Shown here: positions 38,508 to 48,226 of the stretch, piece after piece | How the letters are laid out: each line of letters starts with the position of its first letter | Position numbering within the stretch: position 1 is the stretch's first letter | Assembly: GCA_025594325.1 (NCBI GenBank) | Contig: JANHCV010000006.1 | Coordinates: 930,001 to 994,000 of the forward strand | Reading direction: 5' to 3' | DNA: 64,000 bases | Origin: Blastocladiella emersonii ATCC 22665 | Lineage: Eukaryota > Fungi > Blastocladiomycota | The notes under the pieces: model-generated | What the model was told of the DNA's origin: nothing | The model's database searches: none | Seen by the model: only the letters and a program-made list of their open reading frames with translations | Program-made: the position numbers and the translations under genes

Positions 38508-39224
38508 ATGTTGGCTTCGCACGAACGTGTACCCTCGGCAGACCACGTCCACGGCCCTCGGTGTTTGGAGTGGGCCGCGCGCCGTGGTGCTGCGGGCCAG
38601 CTCTCGTTGGCGGCCGTCGGCCCCTGCGCGCGCGCACCCGCCTCGGAGCAGACCCTCGGGGAGGTTGTCGAATCCTCTCGGGATCGCATGTCCGATGTTC
38701 TCGATGTTTCGCACCAGCTGAAGCGCATTCACAAGGAGGCGCACTCTCGAGTCACGTTCGCGGTCTAGGAGCTCCAAAGAGCAATCGATTTCTTGACTCG
38801 AGTCTGTAACTCAATGATGCGCCGTCCGAGCGAGTACCATGTTCTCCTCGCTCAACTTGCCATGTTCTCCTCGCTCAGCTTGAGCCGCGCCTTATCGACC
38901 TTAACGCCTTCTTGGCGCGTGCGGGGGGAGGTTCTGGACCTCGTCAACGCCTCGGCCGCCAAGCTCGGAGGTGAGTTCACGGACCACGGCTTCCTCTCGC
39001 CATTCGCCACGATTGCAGGCGCTATCACGCTTCTTGGCGAGGCGGCATATCTCAAACGAATCGTTGGGACCCCCTTTGGCAAACTCTTTGAATGCGTCGA
39101 GCAAGCAGATCAAGCTATCGTCTCGGCCGGCTATGACTTTGCTGAAATGCGTGCTCGCAGGACGGGCATTGCCAACTACCCTCCCTGCTACTACCACGAG
39201 CAGCGAGGCTGGCAACACTCGTGA
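38508..39224 (+). pseudogene. Orphan helical-protein reading frame interrupted by one in-frame TAG (38766-38768)
   Basis: ORFs 38508-38768 and 38793-39224 share a frame and read as continuous protein-like sequence across the stop. The TAG could instead be a splice acceptor. Confidence 0.3.
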
Positions 39225-40477
39225 CGCAGAACAGGACTTGAGCCTCAATGTATTTCTTGATTCTTCACTGATGTCAACCGTAGATCATCTTTTGAAAGAG
39301 AGGCATTTCGGCTCAACGCACTAGCGGAGCCCCCCAACTCACTGACCCTGGCGCATGCTGAACACCATCACGTCCCGGACTCGATAGGCGCCTCGCACAT
39401 TCCGGGCACACTGAAAGACTGGGCGCTTGGGTTCGGAACTTGCAATTCTGTTACGTTGCACCAAGTCGTTTGTAGCCTTCTAGGGTCGGGAGCCGTCGAC
39501 AACCTTCCGAAACGCGAAAGAACGCGAAGTGGCTCAAGCGTCACGTGTGTGGCGCGTCGCGTCGCGTCGCGCAACGCGTTACGCGTTGCAACGCGAGTTC
39601 CGTTGCAATCCGCCGCCGATCACCACGGTCTCAATACCCAGAGGCTCTACGCAAGGGTGAATCACGGCAATCATGATGCAACGCGATGCTGAAGCTCATG
39701 AAACGCGCAGCGCTCGGCCGTCGTCGCGAGCGCGGCCTCCCAACTTGCTTGACGGACCCCGAAGAGTGCGATTCAGACTTTAAATCATCTGATTCGTATT
39801 TGACGCACAGAAAGTCGCGGAGCGACGCTGCGCTCCGCGATGGACGGACTTGCGACCCGCGCGACCAAAGAACGGCCTTGAAATGGCTAGGTCCTCGCGA
39901 TTCAATCATTTCCGTCATGACGTAACTATTCTGCTATTTTGGCTGTCCTCGGTTGCATCGACTCAGTCGGATATGGCGGCTGGGCCAGGGACGCCGGAAC
40001 TGCGTTGACGAGGGTAGGACTCGCGCTTTGAACCGCGCAAGGCGAAGCGAGCCCCGCGAACACGTGCTGGTGAGCTCACGCGAGCTCAGCTCGATGTCAC
40101 GCGCGCCGTGCGAGACGCGTTTGCGAGACGCTCGCGCGAACACGCACACAAGTCCTTCGCCCACGTAGCGACGCGGCAACGGCTCCTCGCAATGGATCTC
40201 TCCCAGCAACGGCAACCGAGTCACATGGGCGACTGGCCTTCGAGCTCGGTTTCGTTCAGCCGAGTCAGTCGGTCAGTCGGGCGCCGCGGGCCCGGTCCCC
40301 CACGCTGCTGCCTCCCTCCCTCTCTCCCTCCCGCTGCGCCGTGCTGCCTCCCTCCCTCTCCCCTCATCGCCGCTCGACCCGTCTCCCCTCCCGATTCTCC
40401 CTAGTGGTCCTCCCTCGTCGATTATCACGCTTCAAGATTGCCTCCCGGCTCCAAGGAAACACCCCCCGCAGCAACAC

Positions 40478-42541
40478 CATGTTCGCCATCACCATCTCGT
40501 CGCCCAAGGTGCACTCGCAGTCGCAGTCGTCGGCGCGGTCCACCGTGTCGCCCAAGCCGGCCGCCAAGAAGTCGTCGCTGTTCTCTTCGTCGTCGCGCGC
40601 GCCCAAGGTCCCGCTCGCTGCCGTCCATACCCATACCCTCAACGTGGCTGCTGGCTCGGCCACGGCGGCGGCGGGCGCGGGCCCCGCGAAGCAGCGGTCG
40701 CCCATGGACCGCCTCGCGGCGTGCATCAAGACGGCGTTCGGTCGACTCGTCCCCGGCCGCAAGCGCGCGGCCAAGGCGGCCAAGATGGCCAAGACGGCGG
40801 CGGCTCAGGCGGCGGCTCCTGCTTGTTCTGCGTCCCCGGCCACCTCCATGGCCCGCCTCGCCAAGCAGCAGTCGACGTCGCAGCACCTGTCGGTCGAGAA
40901 GTCGGTCAAGGACTTGTACGTTGCATCCAGTCGCGACTCGTGGTGCTGCAAGTACTGGCACTCATCTCGTTCTTCGCCTCGTGTAGCACTACCTCCGCTA
41001 CCACCACCTTCGGCTCGCGGCGCAACAGCTGCCGTGACAGCAGCAGTCTCGCGCTCGACGACGTCGAGGTGGCGGTGGCGGCGGTTCCAAGTCCAGCGGT
41101 CGCGTCGGACTCGACGCTGCCGGCTGGCACAGCTTCCGAGGTCGGTACCAATACCAGCGCCAGCTCCACGACGGCTGCGCAGGCCGACGGCTCTGGTACC
41201 GATTTCGAGGACGAGGGGCTCGCCACCGAGTCGCTCGTGGCCACGGACCCGACTACCGAGATCCAGCTCCAGATCTCGTTGTCGCTCACGTCCGAGGCCG
41301 AGCCCAAGGTCCAGGCGGTCGACCCGATCGCCATCATCGAGGAGTACGAGGAGGTCAAGCAGGACGGCCCCGTCGTCGAGGCCGCCGTCGAGCGGGAGCG
41401 CCGCGACTCGGGCGTCGCCGAGGACATTGCCCAAGGTGTCGCCGCGGTGCTCGCCGTTCAGCAGCTGCAGCAGCACTCGGTCGCGCAGCAGCAGGTGGTG
41501 TCGGTCCAGCTGCAGAACTCGGTCGAGCAGCAGCAGGAGTCGGCGGTCGAGCTGCTCGAGGTGCCCATCGCGCCAACTACGACCGCGTTCCCGTCGGTGC
41601 CCGAGCTCGCCGCGGTCCCGTCGGTGCTCGTGCCGCCGGCGCAGGTCCCAGTCGTCGTCAACTCGGCGCCCGTGACAACGCCAGGCGTCGCCGAGACCGA
41701 GATCCCCGCCGCCGCACCGGTCTTCATCCAGGTCGCTGACGTCGAGGTCCAGGACGCGCCCGTGCAGTCGCCGGCCGTGGCGCGCGTGGCCCACGCTATG
41801 CTCGCGCTCCTCAACATGTTCCCGGCCACGGCGTCGCTCGCCCGCGACCAGGCCAAGAACATTGCGACGCACCTCGCGCCGTCGCACCTCGCCGTCGACC
41901 TGTACAAGTACGCGTGGTCGAGCTCGGCCGCGCGCAAGTGCGGCACGTCGGGCCAGGTCATGCTCGCGACGCCCGTCAGCGTGTCGCGCACCATGTGCCC
42001 GGTCGAGTTCGTCTGGTGGGGGTCGCGCCCGATCCCCGTGGCGCTGCTCCGTGGCACGACCGATGCCGAGAAGATGGCCGACACGACCAAGGTGACGATC
42101 GGCCAGCTGTACCAGTTCGTCGCGGCGGCGCTGCCCGACGACGAGCTCGAGCGGCTCGCGGTGCTCGACGAGGTGGCCGCCGCGTACCCGGCCCAGCTCA
42201 AGCCGCTCGCGCTCGTGCTCGGGTTCATGTTCCTCAAGGCCGGCAGCAAGCTTGCCGACGCCGTCACCAAGCTGCTCGCGCTGTGGTGGTTCGACGGCCG
42301 CACGCACCCCACCGTGGCACCGGGTGCGCTCGACACGGTCGGTGGCGAGCAGGCGTCCGACAAGATCAAGGCCGTGTGGCGCGAGCTGCTGGCGGCGGGC
42401 GCGCGCGAGTACCGCGACACGATCCGGACAGACTTCCTGACGCCGGCCGAGTTCATGCACGACAAGCGCACCGCGGACGACCCCGCGCTCGTCCGCGCAA
42501 TGGCCAAGGCCAAGGAGACAAAGAAACCGGCCGAGCAGTGA
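40478..42541 (+). CDS. Uncharacterised protein: basic N-terminus, acidic low-complexity middle and a roughly 250-aa folded C-terminal domain; 2 exons (intron 40916-40986)
   Basis: Strong host codon bias. A GTACGT..GTGTAG intron joins MFAITISS.. to ORF 40721-42541 in frame. Confidence 0.75.
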   Translation, partial: HVRHHHLVAQGALAVAVVGAVHRVAQAGRQEVVAVLFVVARAQGPARCRPYPYPQRGCWLGHGGGGRGPREAAVAHGPPRGVHQDGVRSTRPRPQARGQGGQDGQDGGGSGGGSCLFCVPGHLHGPPRQAAVDVAAPVGREVGQGLVRCIQSRLVVLQVLALISFFASCSTTSATTTFGSRRNSCRDSSSLALDDVEVAVAAVPSPAVASDSTLPAGTASEVGTNTSASSTTAAQADGSGTDFEDEGLATESLVATDPTTEIQLQISLSLTSEAEPKVQAVDPIAIIEEYEEVKQDGPVVEAAVERERRDSGVAEDIAQGVAAVLAVQQLQQHSVAQQQVVSVQLQNSVEQQQESAVELLEVPIAPTTTAFPSVPELAAVPSVLVPPAQVPVVVNSAPVTTPGVAETEIPAAAPVFIQVADVEVQDAPVQSPAVARVAHAMLALLNMFPATASLARDQAKNIATHLAPSHLAVDLYKYAWSSSAARKCGTSGQVMLATPVSVSRTMCPVEFVWWGSRPIPVALLRGTTDAEKMADTTKVTIGQLYQFVAAALPDDELERLAVLDEVAAAYPAQLKPLALVLGFMFLKAGSKLADAVTKLLALWWFDGRTHPTVAPGALDTVGGEQASDKIKAVWRELLAAGAREYRDTIRTDFLTPAEFMHDKRTADDPALVRAMAKAKETKKPAEQ

Positions 42542-42798
42542 TTGAATGAGTGGTGTCGATGCCTTGTAAGCCCATTTTCCTAGTTTTGTTTGCCCATCCC
42601 ATTCATTGTTGTCCGCATAGGTTGTTGTTTTCGCGGGCATCGGCGGCGGCCATGGCCGTGGCGACGTTTCTCGCCCGCCTGACGACCGAGTAATTTGCCC
42701 TTCACGTTCTGTACCACTCATAGTTTTAATCCATCTGTTTTTGCGTTCCTCTGATCGACTCGTCCGTTCTCTCATCTCGCTTGGCATCAGTGCAAGGC

Positions 42799-43413
42799 TC
42801 AAAGCTCGATGATGTTGACCTCGACCTGCATCCCACACCCCTCGCACACGTCGAACCCCTCCTTGTCCTCGTCGGGCTTGAAGTCGTGGACGTGGGCCTC
42901 CTCCTGCTCGGCCCACAGCGAGGTGCGGGTCGCGTTGCGGAGCTGGGCGAGCTTCTTCTTGAACTTGGTCTCCTTGCGCTTGACCTTGTCGTCTTCGCGG
43001 CGCGCGTACTCGGCGTCCATGGCGTCGAGGCTGCCCCACTTGTCGATGGCTTTTCGATCTCGCCGCGCAGGTACAGGTACGTGTCGTAGTACGTGTTCTT
43101 GAGCGGGTTCGGCTTGCGTCACACCTTGAAGTTGCCGACCACGGTCAGCTCTTCCTCGGTCAGCAGGTAGTCCTACGTCGGGTTCGATTCGCGGGTTAAC
43201 GAGCAGTGAAAGGATGGGTTGAGCGCGGGCGTGGCGTACCTGGCGGGCCTCGGTCTTGGTGAGCAGGGCGTACTTCTCGGGCAGCTTCTCCTTGCACGCC
43301 CAGCGCACGTTGACGTCAAAGTGCTCGACGTAGCGCCTGTCGAGGTCGAGCGAGCCGCACTCGACGCACTCCGGTGCGAAATCGGGGTCGAGAGGGACGG
43401 CTATCGTAGTCAT
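42799..43413 (-). pseudogene. XPA: DNA repair protein XPA/RAD14 homologue with a nonsense codon, a frameshift and a lost zinc ligand
   Basis: CVEC zinc finger, KYALLTKTEARQDYLLTEEEL, KPNP, YLYLR and KWGSLDAMDAE. CGC replaces the third Cys (43305-43303), TGA lies at 43121-43119 and a frameshift at about 43051-43054. Intron 43239-43173. 5' exons probably extend towards 44140 but are not resolvable. Confidence 0.8.
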
Positions 43414-44429
43414 GCATCAGTGAACCAACGTGCGCTGCCGCTGTTGTTGCTGTTGGGCGGCCGCACCTGCGGCAGCCTCGGCGGCGGGGTGGCGATCATG
43501 ACGGGTTTGTCGGCGAGCGCGTCCTCGTCATTGATGGAGGGGAAGGCGAACCGGCCCGAGCAGGGTCACGTAGGTGGCGTAGAGCGGATCGAGGCGCGGG
43601 TGGCCGTGGAAGGCGAGGGCCCGCGACGGGAAGTACTGCAGCGGCGGAGTGCGCACGGGGAGCGTGGGCGAGCGAGGCGTTGGTGAGCAGGCCGCCGAGC
43701 GCCGCCCTGATGGCAGTCGTCAATTACGGAGAGAACACCTAGGCGCGGGAGGTCCGTTCAGCATTACGAAACCGCTGCCGCGCGCGAGCGCGGAGAGGAT
43801 GGTCGCGTACCTCGGGGTGGCCATCGACCGCCGCTCGGGCCCGTTGAGCTTGAAGACGCCGGTTTCGAGCAATTGCTGGGTCGGGCTATTCTCTGGCTGC
43901 TACACGTGGAGGAGCGGGTTGGTTGGTAGAGGCCTGTGTCGAAGCGGGTCGCGGCAGCGAGATCGAACAGCAGGGCGGCACGCCGCAGCTGGCTGCCGAT
44001 TGAGATCAAGATGCGCTTGTGGAAAGAGGTTACCTTGCGGATCTCGGGCGTCGAGGTCGTGCTGCAGAGAGCGGCGGCGGCATCGGGCGTGGGCTGTCCG
44101 TGGACGGCACGCGCGCGGGTGGCGCGATGGCGATGGGGACGCGGGCGGGCCACTCGCAGTGACGGCAGCGGATGGCCAGCTTGCCGCCCGGTGCCATGGT
44201 GGGTGAGCGTGGTCAGCAGAAGGCTGCCGAGCTCGCTGCGGGTCGTCGTGGTGCGTGCAACGGGGCGGCGATTCATATCGAGCCGGACATGGCCGAAAAG
44301 ATGCATGAAGTTCCAGAGGGTAGATCACATAGAGCCAAGTCGGGAACAGGTGTGCGGAGAGCGTAGCGATTGAGGAGGGAGCAGAGCGGCGGCGGGGTCC
44401 GTTCCGCGAGGCGCATCGCGTCAGAGGAA

Positions 44430-44492
44430 GCGCGTTTCAGCGCGAAAACCGGCTCACGCGGCCGTCACGCGAGCGTGCAAAACTGGTTTTGA
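44430..44492 (+). promoter_or_regulatory. Copy B of the duplicated 46-bp element, between the XPA locus and NIC96
   Basis: 45/46 identity to 37947-37992. Lies about 130 nt upstream of the NIC96 ATG. Confidence 0.6.
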
Positions 44493-44604
44493 GGTCGCTC
44501 GCTCACCGCGCGACTTCTCTCGCAGACGCGGCAGCAGTCGCAGATCACCCCCGAGACGCCCCACAGACGGCGCCCTCGACCCTCCCCACTCGCTGCAACG
44601 CACC

Positions 44605-47518
44605 ATGGTGTCGCTCCAGGACCTCCTCCAGCAGTCGCGGCAGCTGCAGGGCGCGCTGACGCCGGCCGGCGCGCCCGACCTGCACCGGTCGCTCGAGCAG
44701 GTCGCCAACCGCTCGCTCAAGCTCGCCGAGCGCAGTGTCCGCGAGCAGTCGATGCGCGGCCCGCTCGCCGCCTCGGTCGAGACCACCGCGTGCGTGTGCC
44801 TTCTGCTTGCCATCACGCCGCGACCACTACCGCTCACACTCGTTTCCTGTGAACAGCCAGTCGTTCCTCGCCTCGGCCGGCTTCAACTCCGAGGCCCTCA
44901 AGCACGACCTCGATGCCCTCGACATCACCCGCTCGCTCGACGCGGTCCGCCCCGCCGCCGACATGGACGTGCCGGCCTTCCTCGACAACGAGCACGACAA
45001 CCTCGTCATGGCCGCCCTCGAGGAGACCAAGACCCACACCGCGTGGGACGCCGAGTGCCTCGTCCAGCAGGCCCTCAACGCCGAGTGGGAGGCCACGCGC
45101 CTGCGCTTCTGCTCCGAGCTCGACCTCGCCCCCGCCTCCTCGGCCGCCACCGCCATGGACGTGACTACCACCGCCGGCATCACGAGCGCCGCCGCCATGG
45201 GCTCGCGCGGCCTCGGCGCCTCGCCCGCGTCGGCCGCCCAGCCCGGCTTTGCCGCCCCGCTCACGGCCAAGGACCAGGCGTACATCCGCGCCCTGACCGC
45301 GCTCAACGAGAGCACCGTGCGCGACGACATGCTGGTCGCGGACGGCGCCGCCAACGCGGACCTGGTCGCCGACTCCCGCGCCGCGACGCTCGCGCACGGC
45401 GGGCCCGCCAGCGCCACCCTCGCGTCGCTGTGGGACCTGACCCACACCATCCTCGCCCCGGCGTCCTCGGCGCCGCTGCAGTACGCCGCCACCTACCTGT
45501 CGCCCGCGGCGGGCCGCGGCGACGATTCGGCGCGCGCGCAGCTCCTGCACGCGTTCATGTCGCGGGCGCGCACGCACCTCGAGGCCGGGTTCTACGCCAT
45601 GGTCGAGGACACGATCCAGCGCCAGCCCAAGGCCGCCATGGCCGGCGGCGACCCCGACGTCGTGCCGCGCGTCGCCGCCTTTGTGCGGTCGCGCTTCTTC
45701 AAGAACTACACGTGGGACCTGCCCGCGCCCGAGCTCAACGGCGACGAGGTGCCGTTCTGGGCCGTCGCCTTTTACCTGCTGCGGTGCGGCAAGCGCGCCG
45801 AGGCCCTCGCGTACCTGCGCGACAACGTCCAGTACATGGCCGAGAACACGTTCCCGCAGTACCTCGCCGAGTGGATCGACGGCAACCTGACGCCCGAGCT
45901 CGAGGGCCAGATCCGTACCTACTACACGGAGCTGCTCGTCCGCGCCAAGGCCGCCGACCACCGCAACGCCCTCGCCGCGGCTGACGTCTCGGCGGCGGCC
46001 GCCGCCATGGCCGTCGACGCGGCGCCCGCGGCGGGCGTCGACCCGTACAAGCTCGCCATCTTCAAGCTGGTCGGCCGGTGCGACCTCGCCAACAAGAAGC
46101 TCGACCAGATTGTCGGTGCGACCGAAGACTGGATGTGGGTGCGGCTCATGCTCGCGTCGACGGCCGACGACAAGTACACGCCGTTGGACGTGCAGGCCGA
46201 GGTGGCCGCGCTCGAGGCGTATTTCGCCAACCAGCCGCCGCTCAAGTACGTGCACATGCTCGTGACGTGCGGCCTGTTCGAGAAGGCCGTGACGCAGCTC
46301 GCCAAGACCGACGACATGAAGGGGGAGGCGCTCCACCTCGCGCTCGCCCTGCACCACTACGGGTGCCTGCGGATCCCCGCCAACCCCGTCGACCCCGTCA
46401 CCATGCAGCTCGATCTCGGCGTCGGCTCCGGCGCCGGCGCCAACCGCGCGACCGGCCCCGCGTACGTGCCGCTACAGACACTCATTGCGCAGTTTATCGC
46501 GACCAAACTCGCGGCCGACCACGCGGCGCAGCTGCAGTACCTGGTGCGCCTGCCGCACTACGCGCTCGCCGGGAACCCCAAGTACACGGCGGTCGGTCCC
46601 GCCGGGCCCGCGATCGCCGCCGAGTACGCGGCGTGGCGCACGGATGCGTACCGCAAGGCCGTGGCGTGGGTGCGCACCGGGTCGAACGCGTCGCCCATCG
46701 AGATCGCGCCCGCGTATCTGTTCCTGCTCGGCATGGCCGACATGGTCGAGTTCCAGTCGCAGATCGTGGCCGAGGCGGCGCAGCTCGCGCGCGACGAGGA
46801 CGCGCTCGAGGACGCCATCTTCCTGTTCGCGCAGTGCAACGACACGCCGTCAGTCTTCGAGTGCCTGATCCAGGCGCTCGCGCGCGCGTTCGACCAGGGC
46901 CCGCACATGCTGGTGTCGTCGGCGTCGCTTCCCGGCACGGACCTGCCGCCGGGCGCCCGCGAGGGTCTGTCGTCGGGCACGCTCGGCGGCGTCCTGTACG
47001 CGGCGGACCACGTCATCAACTACTTTGACTCGCTCCCCGACATAGTCGCCGACTGGAAGGCGACGGGCGCGGGCAACGGGGTCGCCGAGGCCGCGCTCAA
47101 GGACCGCGCGCACCGGCTCGCGCAGCTGCGCACCACGGCCAAGCTCCTGCGCGACCTCGTGTACGTGCAGTCGCTCGCGTCGACGCCCGCGCAGGAGGGC
47201 ATGGCGCTCGACGCGCTCCGCGGCACCGAGCTCGTCCCGCTCAACGGGAACGCCCCGCTCGACCGGTTCGTCGACCGCATCCGCCAGGTCCCCGCCGAGG
47301 TCCAGGCGTGCGTCCCGCGCCTCCTCCGGCTTACCATGGACCTCCTCGCCCGCGCACACCGCCAGGCGGTCGCGAACCGGCTCAACGACGACGCCGCGCA
47401 GTACCGCGCCGCGGCGCGCCAGGTCCGCGCGTTCGCTGGCCTCGTGCCGATCAAGATGGAGGCGCAGCTCCACGCGATGCTCGCGCAGAAGGAGGTCGAG
47501 ATGTCGGCCAAGTTCTAA
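44605..47518 (+). CDS. NIC96: Nucleoporin Nic96/Nup93; 2 exons (intron 44790-44856)
   Basis: MVSLQDLLQQSRQL..PDLHRSLEQV N-terminus, PFWAVAFYLLRCG, DPYKLAIFKLVGRCD and EDWMWVRL, as in the Nup93/Nic96 family. Confidence 0.9.
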
Positions 47519-47561
47519 GGTCGGTGTGAAGGCTACGGTGGATATATCTAATTGATTGAGC

Positions 47562-47963
47562 TCAGGTCTCCCACGGCTTGCGGCGCGGCGCCAGCGTCGC
47601 CGGCGTCGGGGCCGCGTCGTTGAGCTTGTCCGGGATCTCGCGCACGCCGGGCACGGGTTTGCCCTCGGACACGAGGCGCACGATCTCGGCGAACGAGGCC
47701 GGGTACGCGGGCTCGGTCGCGGCCGCTGTGGGCTCCGGTGAAGCGGGAGCAGGAGCGGGCGCAGGAGCCGAGGCAGCAGCAGCAGCGGTCAGGCGCGCAT
47801 AGTAGAACCGGCGCGCCTTGTCGGTGGCGGCGGGGTGGTCGGCGGGATCCGCGACCCCCGCGAGGATCGACTTGAGCCCGGCCTGGAACGTCGCGTCGCC
47901 CGCAAAGTCGTAGCTCTCGAACGGCGCGAGCGCGTTGCTGGAAGTGTTATGCTGCGAATCCAT
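47562..47963 (-). CDS. PEX39: PEX39-like peroxisomal PTS2 import factor (KPWE-motif protein)
   Basis: FESYDF..D..FQAGL helix, YPASFAEIVRLV..GKPVPGVREIPD and a terminal RKPWE motif. Confidence 0.72.
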   Translation of the reverse strand: MDSQHNTSSNALAPFESYDFAGDATFQAGLKSILAGVADPADHPAATDKARRFYYARLTAAAAASAPAPAPAPASPEPTAAATEPAYPASFAEIVRLVSEGKPVPGVREIPDKLNDAAPTPATLAPRRKPWET

Positions 47964-48226
47964 GGCTGTTGGGCGTGGAGAGCAGAGAAAAAGTTATGTG
48001 GCGCAACGCCTGGCTCATTGCGATCGGGCGCAGCGCAGGTGAGGTCAGCTGATGCGTCCGCCGACCCAAACAGGCCAGTGCCGTGCAACCTTCCGCGGCC
48101 GCCGCGATGCACGGCGCGAGGGAATCGCCCATCGCCGACCACGTCGCCTGTTGCTGCCGCCGCCGTCGCACCCTCGCCGTCTTCCTGCAACTGCAACCGG
48201 CCTCCCGGAGACTGCCGCCCACCACC

